A model generated the notes under the pieces. That model was given only the letters and a program-made list of their open reading frames with translations. It searched no databases and had not been told where the DNA came from. DNA of 64,000 nucleotides, taken from Muribaculum sp. Lineage in GTDB: Bacteria > Bacteroidota > Bacteroidia > Bacteroidales > Muribaculaceae. Location: the NCBI GenBank assembly GCA_023667055.1, contig JAMPAV010000004.1, positions 15,132 to 79,131 of the forward strand. The letters are read 5' to 3'. The position numbers and the translations under genes were made by a program. Of this stretch, positions 17,821 through 27,500 are shown piece after piece (position 1 is the first letter of the stretch; every line of letters starts with the position of its first letter).

Positions 17821-18790
17821 ATATAGACTGCCCAACTCCACTGAAATTTTCAGTGGTGCTTCTGAAGTCATCGTTGATGGTTTCAGTGATGGTTTCGTGA
17901 TAGCTCCATTCAGAGATCCTTCCATAGGAATGAAGACGATACCTTTTGATATCATTCCGGATGAATCGGTATTTTTCCCAATAGAATCGAAAGTGGCCGG
18001 CAGCACTTCTAAAGAAGAATATCTGAATGAAGTTAAGACCATAATAAACACCTTGGGCGACAAAAGAGGAAAGATTGTGGCTGCCAGAACAATAAGAGTA
18101 GAAACGAAGATTGACCTCAATGAAACCTTCACAGAGTTGTGCAGTTCATATCCGGATGCATTCGTTTTTATGTTCTCTACGGCGGATACCGGCACCTGGA
18201 TAGGCGCATCTCCTGAATTGCTGATGAAAAAATCCGGTGATTCATATACCACTATGGCTCTCGCTGGAACTCGTTTGGCCGGCTCCGGAATTGAATGGGA
18301 CACGAAAAATATGGAGGAACAGATGATGGTCAGTTCCTTCATCTTGTCTTGCATGTTCAGACATTTTGTCGTTGTCTCTCATACTTGCCCAACTACACGG
18401 ACTGCCGGATCTGTCGAACACCTTTGCACTGAAATTAGCGGGCGAAGTTCCGTTTTAAGAAAAGATCAGACGGATGAATTGTTTCTCAAGGAACTTTTAT
18501 GTGAGTTGTCACCAACACCGGCTTTGTGTGGGAGCAACAGGAATTTGTCGCTCTGCTTGATACAAAAACTTGAGAAATTTGACCGTGAAATGTACGGCGG
18601 ATTCTGCGGTCCCAACAATATAAACAATACCATCGCTTTTTATGTGAATCTCAGGTCGGCAAAATGCTCTACAGATGCTATTTCAGTTTTTGCCGGCGGT
18701 GGAATCACACCATTGTCAGACCCAAATGAGGAATGGCAAGAAACTGAAATAAAATCAAAAACCATAATAACAAAATTAAAACACAAATGA
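17795..18790 (+). CDS. Isochorismate synthase-like chorismate-binding enzyme
   Basis: 331 aa with chorismate-binding motifs (LAGT, SPTPALCG, YGGFCGP, AGGGI). The start is uncertain: TTG at 17795 overlaps rimO by 26 nt, and the first ATG is 45 codons in. Confidence 0.7.
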   Translation: MNCLVNWFKYRLPNSTEIFSGASEVIVDGFSDGFVIAPFRDPSIGMKTIPFDIIPDESVFFPIESKVAGSTSKEEYLNEVKTIINTLGDKRGKIVAARTIRVETKIDLNETFTELCSSYPDAFVFMFSTADTGTWIGASPELLMKKSGDSYTTMALAGTRLAGSGIEWDTKNMEEQMMVSSFILSCMFRHFVVVSHTCPTTRTAGSVEHLCTEISGRSSVLRKDQTDELFLKELLCELSPTPALCGSNRNLSLCLIQKLEKFDREMYGGFCGPNNINNTIAFYVNLRSAKCSTDAISVFAGGGITPLSDPNEEWQETEIKSKTIITKLKHK

Positions 18791-20823
18791 AACTCAGAAG
18801 TTTATTTTTGGCTGCCGCTGCAACGTCATTCGTTGCCATGCAGGCCGATCATCTAAAGAGTCTCGACCCAAAGGGTATCGACCCCAACACTCCGGCCACG
18901 GAGGATTTCTATCGTCATGTCAACAAGGGTTGGATGGATTCCCATCCCCTGACTCCTGAATACTCCCGCTATGGAGCATTCAATATCCTTAATGACTCAA
19001 GCAACAATCGTGTGCGTCGCATTGTGACCGGTCTCGCCGCAACAAATCCGCAGCCGGGCACCAATGCCTACAAAGTCAGCACTCTATATCAGCAGGGAAT
19101 GGATTCCATTGGCCGCAACAAACTTGGGGCAGCTCCAATCAAACCTCTTCTTGCAAAAATAGAAGGAACCGACCATGACGGAATGACCGACCTTCACCTG
19201 TGGATGCAGAAAAACTATAGCAGCCCGCTTTTCTCAGGTGGTCCGCAGGAAGACCTCGCCAACTCTCAGGTGTATGCCATGTATCTTGGTAGCAACAGCC
19301 TCGGTCTTGGCGACCGCGACTACTATCTGCTCAACGACAAACGCAACAAAGAGGTGCGCGCGGCTTACGAAAAACTCATAGAGAAATATATGACTCTTGC
19401 CGGCTATTCAAAGAAAGATGCCAAGAGAATAGTGAAAAGTGTGATGAAGATAGAGACAGCTCTTGCCGACTCCGCTCTCACACGCGAGGAAAGCCGCAAT
19501 ATCCCGGCCCTATACAATCCTTATAAGTATGAAGATATAAAAACCACTTGGAGCAATCTCCCGCTCGACAGGTTCTTTAAAGAGACCATGGATATCGACG
19601 CTCCGGAGATTATAATAGTCACTGAACCACGATCACTGAATGCTGCAAACAAACTTGCAGCAGAACTTACCGACCGTGAACTGAAAGACTACTATGCTTG
19701 GCTTCTCGTGGATGACTATGGTTCATATCTGAGCGATGATTTCGCTGATGCCGCGTTTGAGTTCAACAAGGTGATGAGCGGCGTGCAGCAGCAGCGTCCT
19801 CGCTGGAAAAAAGCTCTTGGCGTGACTGAGGGATTCCTTGGCGAAGCTATTGGCGAACTTTATGTGGAGCAATATTTCCCACAGAGTTCTAAAGACTACA
19901 TGATTGGTCTTGTAGAAAACCTCCGCAATGCCCTTGGCAAACATATCATACATCTCGAATGGATGAGTGATGACACCAAGGTGCAGGCGCTTAAGAAGCT
20001 CAACAACTTCACAGTAAAGATTGGTTATCCCGACAAATGGAAGGATTATTCAGAGCTTATCATCGACCCGAATCTGAGTTATGCAGAAAACATTCAGAAC
20101 GCGAGAATGTGGGCGCAGAAAGAATACCTCAAGAAATGGGGTAAGCCAGTGGATAGAACAGAATGGGGAATGACACCTCAGACCATCAATGCATATTACA
20201 ATCCGCTCAACAATGAAATCGTATTTCCTGCCGGTATCCTCCAGGCTCCTTTCTTTGATCCAGAGGCAAGTGATGCTGAAAACTATGGTGGCATTGGCGT
20301 AGTGATTGGTCATGAAATGACTCACGGATTCGACGACCAAGGACGTAATTTTGACGCCAACGGCAATATGGTCAATTGGTGGCAGGATGTGGATGCTGAG
20401 GAATTCGGCAAGCTGACACAGGGTCTTGTTGATCAGTTCAATGCGGTGGAAGTTCTTCCCGGTCTTAATGCCAATGGAGCATATACCCTTGGGGAAAACA
20501 TCGCAGACCAGGGAGGCCTCCGTGTGGCTATGACTGCTTTCCTCGATAGCCAGAAGAAGAAAGGTGTTGACGTGGAAAGCGAAGCTGCCCTCATAGAAGG
20601 TCTCACTCCGGCACAGGTTTTCTATATGAACTATGCCAATCTCTGGGCTCAGAACATACGTGAGGCTGAGATGCGCAATCTCACCACTGGCGATGTGCAC
20701 TCACTCGGCGAGAACCGCGTGAATGTAACTCTGAAAAATATCGAGCCCTTCATGAAGGCCTTCGGAATCAAAGCCGGCGACAAGATGTATCGTCCGGCCG
20801 AAGAAATGGTCGTTATTTGGTAA
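18787..20823 (+). CDS. M13 family zinc metallopeptidase (PepO / endothelin-converting enzyme-like)
   Basis: 678 aa with a signal peptide, HEMTHGFD (HExxH) and GENIADQGG motifs. ATGA overlap with the upstream gene. Confidence 0.9.
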   Translation: MKLRSLFLAAAATSFVAMQADHLKSLDPKGIDPNTPATEDFYRHVNKGWMDSHPLTPEYSRYGAFNILNDSSNNRVRRIVTGLAATNPQPGTNAYKVSTLYQQGMDSIGRNKLGAAPIKPLLAKIEGTDHDGMTDLHLWMQKNYSSPLFSGGPQEDLANSQVYAMYLGSNSLGLGDRDYYLLNDKRNKEVRAAYEKLIEKYMTLAGYSKKDAKRIVKSVMKIETALADSALTREESRNIPALYNPYKYEDIKTTWSNLPLDRFFKETMDIDAPEIIIVTEPRSLNAANKLAAELTDRELKDYYAWLLVDDYGSYLSDDFADAAFEFNKVMSGVQQQRPRWKKALGVTEGFLGEAIGELYVEQYFPQSSKDYMIGLVENLRNALGKHIIHLEWMSDDTKVQALKKLNNFTVKIGYPDKWKDYSELIIDPNLSYAENIQNARMWAQKEYLKKWGKPVDRTEWGMTPQTINAYYNPLNNEIVFPAGILQAPFFDPEASDAENYGGIGVVIGHEMTHGFDDQGRNFDANGNMVNWWQDVDAEEFGKLTQGLVDQFNAVEVLPGLNANGAYTLGENIADQGGLRVAMTAFLDSQKKKGVDVESEAALIEGLTPAQVFYMNYANLWAQNIREAEMRNLTTGDVHSLGENRVNVTLKNIEPFMKAFGIKAGDKMYRPAEEMVVIW

Positions 20824-20894
20824 TCAACCGATTTTGTCATATTGTCTAAATGACAATATGACATATCGACATAACAACAATTTGAGAAATAAAA

Positions 20895-20923
20895 AGAGTG
20901 GAAAATAAATTCCACTCTTTTTT
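20895..20923 (+). terminator. Intrinsic terminator after the M13 peptidase gene
   Basis: AGAGTGGA / TCCACTCT stem with an 8 nt loop and a T5 run. A 12 bp perfect hairpin without a T run lies upstream at 20835-20863. Confidence 0.7.
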
Positions 20924-20944
20924 GCTACATTGGAAAATTATGAT

Positions 20945-20952
20945 TAATTTTG
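20945..20952 (+). promoter_or_regulatory. -7 promoter box TAATTTTG upstream of prs
   Basis: Matches TAnnTTTG, 49 nt upstream of the prs ATG. A 14 bp perfect palindrome GTCTCTATAGAGAC (20967-20980) follows in the predicted leader. Confidence 0.4.
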
Positions 20953-21000
20953 CATAAGAAATAGAAGTCTCTATAGAGACACTAAACTTTTTTATCAATC

Positions 21001-21948
21001 ATGAGCAATACCCTTCCGCCCATCAAGGTATTCGCAGGCACCAAGAGCCATTATCTTGGTGAAGGCATTTGCAAAGACCTGGGCATTGAACTTGGCAAGA
21101 TGAATATCGAGCATTTTGCCGATGGTGAGTTTGAAGTATGTTTCGACGAGTCTATCCGCGGCGCCGAAGTATATCTTGTGCAATCCACTTTCCCAAATTC
21201 CGACAATCTGATGGAGCTCCTTCTGATGATTGATGCGGCCAAGCGTGCATCTGCAGCAAGTATCAATGCAGTTATCCCCTACTTCGGTTGGGCGCGTCAA
21301 GATCGCAAGGATAAGCCAAGAGTGTCGATCGCCGCAAAACTCGTGGCTGATCTTCTGAGTGTGGCTGGAATCGACCGCCTCGTCACTATGGATCTTCATG
21401 CTGATCAGATTCAAGGTTTCTTCAATGTGCCGGTCGATCATCTTTATGCATCTTCCGTTTTCATTCCATATCTGGAAAGTCTGCACATCGACAATCTTGT
21501 TATAGCATCACCCGATGTGGGTGGGGCAAAGCGAGCTAACTCTTATGCCAAATACTTCGATGTCCCTTTGGTGCTTTGCCACAAACAGAGGGCGAAAGCA
21601 AATGTTGTGGCCAAGATGCAGGTGATTGGCGATGTAAAAGGAAAGAATGTGGTGCTTGTGGATGACATAGCAGACACTGCCGGCACTATCACCAAAGCCT
21701 GCGATCTGATGCTTGCCGAAGGGGCCAACTCTGTCAGGGCATTGATTACACATCCGGTGATGAGCGATCCGGCTACCGAAAGAGTTATGGGTAGTGGCCT
21801 TTCTGAGATTATTTTCACAGACTCTATACCCTACACCAAAGAAAATCCGAAAGCGACAATACTCACCGTCACTAAATTATTCGCCGACACAATCAGGCGG
21901 ATACACAACAATCAGTCAATTTCAAGCCAATATCTGTTCAAACCATGA
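21001..21948 (+). CDS. prs: Ribose-phosphate pyrophosphokinase
   Basis: 315 aa with DLHADQIQGFF and the PRPP-binding loop VLVDDIADTAGT. Confidence 0.95.
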   Translation: MSNTLPPIKVFAGTKSHYLGEGICKDLGIELGKMNIEHFADGEFEVCFDESIRGAEVYLVQSTFPNSDNLMELLLMIDAAKRASAASINAVIPYFGWARQDRKDKPRVSIAAKLVADLLSVAGIDRLVTMDLHADQIQGFFNVPVDHLYASSVFIPYLESLHIDNLVIASPDVGGAKRANSYAKYFDVPLVLCHKQRAKANVVAKMQVIGDVKGKNVVLVDDIADTAGTITKACDLMLAEGANSVRALITHPVMSDPATERVMGSGLSEIIFTDSIPYTKENPKATILTVTKLFADTIRRIHNNQSISSQYLFKP

Positions 21949-22001
21949 TAGACTGTTGAAATCCTTGATTACATTCATTACTGAACTTCAAATATTAAAA
22001 T

Positions 22002-22034
22002 AAAAAAACTACGGCATTGTTGTCGTAGTTTTTT
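22002..22034. terminator. Bidirectional terminator between convergent prs and GH13
   Basis: A7 run, ACTACG / CGTAGT stem with a 10 nt loop, then a T6 run. Confidence 0.6.
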
Positions 22035-22062
22035 ATCTTACATGCCCTTCAAATGCATACAA

Positions 22063-23754
22063 CTACTTTATTCTTAATACAGTTGCATCTTTTGGATTCA
22101 AAAAGACGTGAGTCTCGGCATCCGGTTTCATGTTTAGAAATACGGTTCGTTCACACAGCAAGTCATCTGCAACTATATTGCCTTCAGGAATATTTGCCAT
22201 TTCGTATGCTAATCTTGGAATTTTTACGTTGATATCCGAAGCCACCGTGTCAAAATTGGCAATTATGAGCAAGACAGAGTCCGATGTATAGCGGAGAAAT
22301 GCAAAATGTCGGTGAGGATTAAAACCTGCATGTTGAAGATTTACATACATAAGATCGAAAAAATTCCCATCACGCAATGCGGGTTCCGCATTACACATTG
22401 TTAATGTTTTCTTGTATATCTTTCTGAGCCATTTTTCCTGAGGCGTAAGATTTTTCTCCGTTGGGTTTCCATTGTTCCACCACCTGCGGATTGTGTCATA
22501 ACTCCAGTAGTCGAATATTGTACTTCTGTTGTTGTCACCTGCAAATCCCTCATTGTCATGTGCAGACTCACCGAGCTCCTGTCCATAATATATCATGAAT
22601 GGACCTCTCGATATCATCGAACTTACCACCAGCGATGGTAGAACTTTGGCTGGATTCCCCGCGTATGCCTTTGATCCAAAACGAACTTCATCATGATTCT
22701 CAAGAAAATTCAACATTGAGTCTCCGATTCCATCTACTGTCTGCCATGCTCCGGTGAGTGTGGCTGCTGAATGATTGTGAATCTCAATATCCACAAGAGT
22801 ATCATATAGGTTTACCTTATCGTAAAGATAATCGAAACATCCATATTCAAGAAATGGCCTATATTGCGACACATCATAAATCTCTCCTATGAATTTTATG
22901 TCGGGATAATCTTTTTTTACTTGTGGTATCACCCAATTCCAGAATTGTATGGGTACCATGAAACACATGTCACATCTAAATCCATCCACACCCTTCGATG
23001 CCCAGAATCGAAGTATTGAAAGCATCTTTATCCATGTGTCTGGCACCGGATGGAAATGATCTGACCAGTCACCATAATCGTGACCATAATTTAATTTCAC
23101 CGTCTCATACCAATCATTCTTACTGCAAAAAGCCGTAAAGCAGTCGTTGCCTGTAGCTTTCGCCGGAAACTCAACGTAGGGCGTGTCTCCTTCGGCATCC
23201 AAAGGAAAACTTGGTGAGAATTGCTGAAATGGGATATAGTAGTAATTGTTGGTTGGTGAAAACCCCTTGGTGATGTCATCGTCTGCACCAAAATCCTTTA
23301 CTCCTTTGGGAGCTGAATCGGAATGATAGCGTCGGGCTGTATGATTCGGTACAAAATCGATTATTACCTTCATATCCTGCCGGTGTATCCTTTCTACACA
23401 ATCCTCAAACTCCCTCATTCGGTCAGTCACATTGTCAGCTATAGCAGGATCCACATCGTAATAATCCTTGATAGCGTAGGGACTCCCAGCCTCCCCTTTG
23501 ACTACGTTGGGATTGTCCAACGGAATTAGGTATTTTGTAAAATCTGATTTGGTGGCATGCTCGATGACTCCTGTCAACCAAATGCAATTCACCCCCAATT
23601 CCTTGATAGATTTGATGGCCTTGGGTGTGAAATCTTTTAATTTCCCCGATCCATTGCGGTCAATTGTTCCCCATGGCTCCGGATTCTCTACAGTGTTGCT
23701 GAAAATTCTGGGAAAAACTTGGTATATTATCAATCTTTCCATATTTGTTGTCAT
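22063..23754 (-). CDS. GH13 alpha-amylase family enzyme
   Basis: 563 aa. All four GH13 conserved regions are visible: DFVPNHTA, DGFRCDMCFMV, FIGEIYD, FLENHDEVR. Confidence 0.85.
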   Translation of the reverse strand: MTTNMERLIIYQVFPRIFSNTVENPEPWGTIDRNGSGKLKDFTPKAIKSIKELGVNCIWLTGVIEHATKSDFTKYLIPLDNPNVVKGEAGSPYAIKDYYDVDPAIADNVTDRMREFEDCVERIHRQDMKVIIDFVPNHTARRYHSDSAPKGVKDFGADDDITKGFSPTNNYYYIPFQQFSPSFPLDAEGDTPYVEFPAKATGNDCFTAFCSKNDWYETVKLNYGHDYGDWSDHFHPVPDTWIKMLSILRFWASKGVDGFRCDMCFMVPIQFWNWVIPQVKKDYPDIKFIGEIYDVSQYRPFLEYGCFDYLYDKVNLYDTLVDIEIHNHSAATLTGAWQTVDGIGDSMLNFLENHDEVRFGSKAYAGNPAKVLPSLVVSSMISRGPFMIYYGQELGESAHDNEGFAGDNNRSTIFDYWSYDTIRRWWNNGNPTEKNLTPQEKWLRKIYKKTLTMCNAEPALRDGNFFDLMYVNLQHAGFNPHRHFAFLRYTSDSVLLIIANFDTVASDINVKIPRLAYEMANIPEGNIVADDLLCERTVFLNMKPDAETHVFLNPKDATVLRIK

Positions 23755-24566
23755 TAATTTTTTAGCTTTTTGTCAAGTACCCTACATGCTGTCTCATAGC
23801 CAAGTTGAACTGACTTGTCAAACTTCGAGACATCAAATGTACCTATTTCATGTGCTCCTCGTAGATTTATCAACACATCACAAAGTTTTGCATCATTCAC
23901 CATGTTTGTCTTCGACATTAGATGATATGTTCGCAGGGCCACCTCGATTATGTTATGTTTTAGTGGATTCTCCCATATTGTATTGAGTGGTGAACAATTT
24001 ATTCCATAAAGCACCTTACAATATTTTCTCACTGCCCATGCAGGTAAATTTCTCAGTACTCCTCCATCGACATAGATTCCATCGTTTATTTTCACAGGCT
24101 CAAACACTATGGGTATTGCGCATGAGGCCATGACCCTTGGGGCTATCTCTCCCTTTCCCCATCCTATCGACTTGCAATGTTGAAAATCAGTGGCACATAC
24201 TATTGTCGGTATCTCAAGTTCCTCAAGATATCTCACAGGCAACCAAGATTCTATCAGTTTCCCCATTTTATCTATCTTCATCAGGGAATTGTCAGGAACT
24301 TTCCATGATACGAACGACGATATCTTTGACATATCTTTGAAGCAGTTCACCATATCATCCGGACTAAGCCCGGCGCCATACATCACAGCTGCAACACTTC
24401 CGGCTGACACTCCTGACATTACATTCGGTTTGATTCCGAATCGCTCTAACGCCTTAAGTACCCCTATGTGTGAAAAACCTCGCGCCCCTCCTCCACTGAA
24501 CGCATACCCCACTGAATTTGAGACAATGCCTATTTTCTCAAGAATTTCTCCTATGCTCCAAATCAT
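23754..24566 (-). CDS. Patatin-like phospholipase
   Basis: 270 aa with a GGGARG oxyanion motif, GVSAGS (GxSxG) and DGG catalytic Asp. Its stop overlaps the GH13 start by 1 nt. Confidence 0.85.
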   Translation of the reverse strand: MIWSIGEILEKIGIVSNSVGYAFSGGGARGFSHIGVLKALERFGIKPNVMSGVSAGSVAAVMYGAGLSPDDMVNCFKDMSKISSFVSWKVPDNSLMKIDKMGKLIESWLPVRYLEELEIPTIVCATDFQHCKSIGWGKGEIAPRVMASCAIPIVFEPVKINDGIYVDGGVLRNLPAWAVRKYCKVLYGINCSPLNTIWENPLKHNIIEVALRTYHLMSKTNMVNDAKLCDVLINLRGAHEIGTFDVSKFDKSVQLGYETACRVLDKKLKN

Positions 24567-24581
24567 TTCATTGTATCATTT

Positions 24582-27500
24582 TTAATTTGAACTGCCACTT
24601 GCTATACTATCCCTTTGCAGAGAATCCAAAGGATGCTTTTCTTTTCTTCTTCTGAAATTAAACAGATGGTCAAAGTCTTTTCGATACACCACACCCACTC
24701 CTTGTGTGGTCAGCGCCGACTTAAGATAGTAACTTTGGTCATTAAAGTGGTTATATGCCTTTAGCCGTAGATTCCCACTTCTGTTAAGCAAATATTCAAT
24801 ATCGAAATCACCTATAAATTGAGTGTTGGTTGTCTCTTTTTTATCTCGGTATCCGAAGTTGCCATTGATCAGAAGCCTGTTGTTAAGTAATCTTGACGAC
24901 AATGCAAGGTCAAATTCCATGTCTGTGAAGTCACCTTTGTCACTTCTGAATGATGGGGCAACTGCAAGTTTGTCGGTCATGTTGCTGAGTATGTTGCTTA
25001 GCTGAGACGAAAGGGTTGATGAAGCCATGCTCGACATTTCTGCAGCTCCTCCACTTGAACCCGAACTTGCTGTATTCCCACTCTTGATATATTCCGGCGT
25101 ATAAAAACGGTTTAAGGCTAAAAGATAGATTATCTGTCTGCTCATCATGTCATTAGTGGACACAATGCTTTTTACTTTCCGCTCTACATCCGATGTCAAC
25201 GTTGGCAATTCAATGTCAAAATCTATATCTGGATGTGTCATCGGTCCATTCACAAGTAGAATCGCATCCACCGGCACACTCGTACGGCTAACTTCCTTGT
25301 CAGTGGCAAAGGTTTCGTCAAGATCTGTAAGATTGGTGTTCACCCTGTAGGTAGCTGCTATGTCAAGATTGGCATCCATTGGATCTCCGTTAAACTTAAT
25401 TTTGCTACCCGGTTTTATATTGAAATTCTTTATTATTATGTCTTGAAGGGTAAAGAAGTATTTTCCTTCATCAAGTGTATAGGTGCCAATCATTCTTAGA
25501 TCATTGGAATCCATATTGTAATCCATCTGCAGTGCACCTTCTCCTCGTGCTGTAATCTTGTCTCCGGCTATGGGATCCATAATTAGAGTCAATTCGGCAT
25601 CATTCGTCACGGTGCCTTTAAGTGAAAGCACCACATTGGAGCTTCTCTCCTCCATTTCTTTATTCTTTTTCATAAATTCTTGAAGATATGCCGGAATGGT
25701 GTCTGATGTTATTCTCTTTTCTTGCTCTTTCCGTCTGTCAGTGAAAGAGAGAAACGAGTATTTGTCTGTATCCATTGCATCACTTATCACATAGAAGAAT
25801 TTGGAATGCTCCTCAGTTTGCATATTCATGTCAATCTCCACAAGCCCCGGCCTGCCTGATATCTGACCGGTGCCGGACCCATATATTGTGCCATACCATA
25901 AGGGATTGTTTTTATCATTCGTGTCATAGCAAAGAATTGATTTGGCATCCCTTATTTTGAAATTAAACTCTGGTTCATGGAAATATTTATGACGAAGCCA
26001 TCCACTGAATTCTGCAGTGTGGCCTTCACTGTCGTATAGTGTCAATGGTTTGACTTCTATTATGCCTTTTCTCATAAACACCGAGTCTCCACCAGCGTGA
26101 TACCATGTGTTTGTGAAATCTACCTTCATTGATATCGTATCTGTGCACAAGTCCCCTACAAGGTCTATGTCGCTGAATGTTCCATACAACTTGCATTTTC
26201 CGGATCCATTACCCCGCAAGTCTGAACAAAATGCCGACATAAAAGGCTTCATTAATTGCAAGTTAACCTTATTAGCGTCAAATGAAAAGCTTAATGAATC
26301 TCTTTTTATCCAGATGCCGCCGTCTATGCTTGCCCTGCGCTCTCGTGTCAATGGATCGTTTATCACTGCATATATACCCACTTTCTGTTGCTGAGGATTA
26401 TAAGAAGAAGCAAGATTGCCATTTCCCAAAACTGCTCCATTATAGCTTAGATTGTTGACACGCAAATATTGGGTTTTTGCCATCGGCTCCTTCGTGAATA
26501 GCTGGCTTCCTTCTATTTCGCCTGTGGCCATTCCTCCAAAAGTAACATAATTGATATTTAAAATACTGAAAATATAATCAAGGTCTATGTCTTTTAGCTT
26601 TACACGTAAAATATCTTCAGGTTTTTCAGATGCTTTGCCATCTATTTTCACATATTGATTGTCATGTTCAATTATGAAATTACTCACTGCTACATTTTTA
26701 CCAATATAATTGATATGTCCTTTTGACACATCCCATGTTAGGCCATTGATTGCCAATGATGATGGAAGAATATCAACCGTGATAGAAAGTTTTTCATCAT
26801 CCTTCATTGGATCAGGAATCCTTGAAAACGTTGTCTCCATCGTCACTACCCCTTTAAGCGAACTCGTCAGCGTTGGATTTAGTTGTAATGCTGCGTTTAG
26901 CTTGTCAGAGAAACCATACACGTCAAGTGCCAGTTGCACGTCTCCTTTTTTTGCCGGATAGATAGTGGTAGCAAATACTTTCGATATGCCTAAGAATGAG
27001 TCAAGTGAAATATTCACCTTTGTGTCTCTTATCAGTTTGTTTTTTCCTTGCCTGAGATGTGGAGTGGAAAGTGAGAATTCAAATTTTCCGGAGGTCGTAT
27101 CAAGCATTCCGTTCACAGGTATTTCTGTTAATGGACATATCGGTAGGCCAAGATACTCATATACATCAGGCCTACCCTTGATTTCAAAATCAAAAGTAAA
27201 ATTATTTTCCCCTTCATGATACTCACTGAAAGATCCTCGATATTTAGTCAATGATGGCAATACTTTAGCAACCATTCCTTTTACTTCAGATACAAGTGAT
27301 GTAGGATTAATTAGCCCTTTCATGTTAGCGTCCAACCAATCACTACGCAGTCTCAAACTACGCTGATGATTTTCTAAATCCTCATTGTCATAAATCAATG
27401 GATCTACATTTACCGACAGATTATTCAAATGCAACGATTTACCATTAAGATTCAACAAATCAAAATTTGTGATGTTTAAGAATCCCGTCAAATTGTCAGG

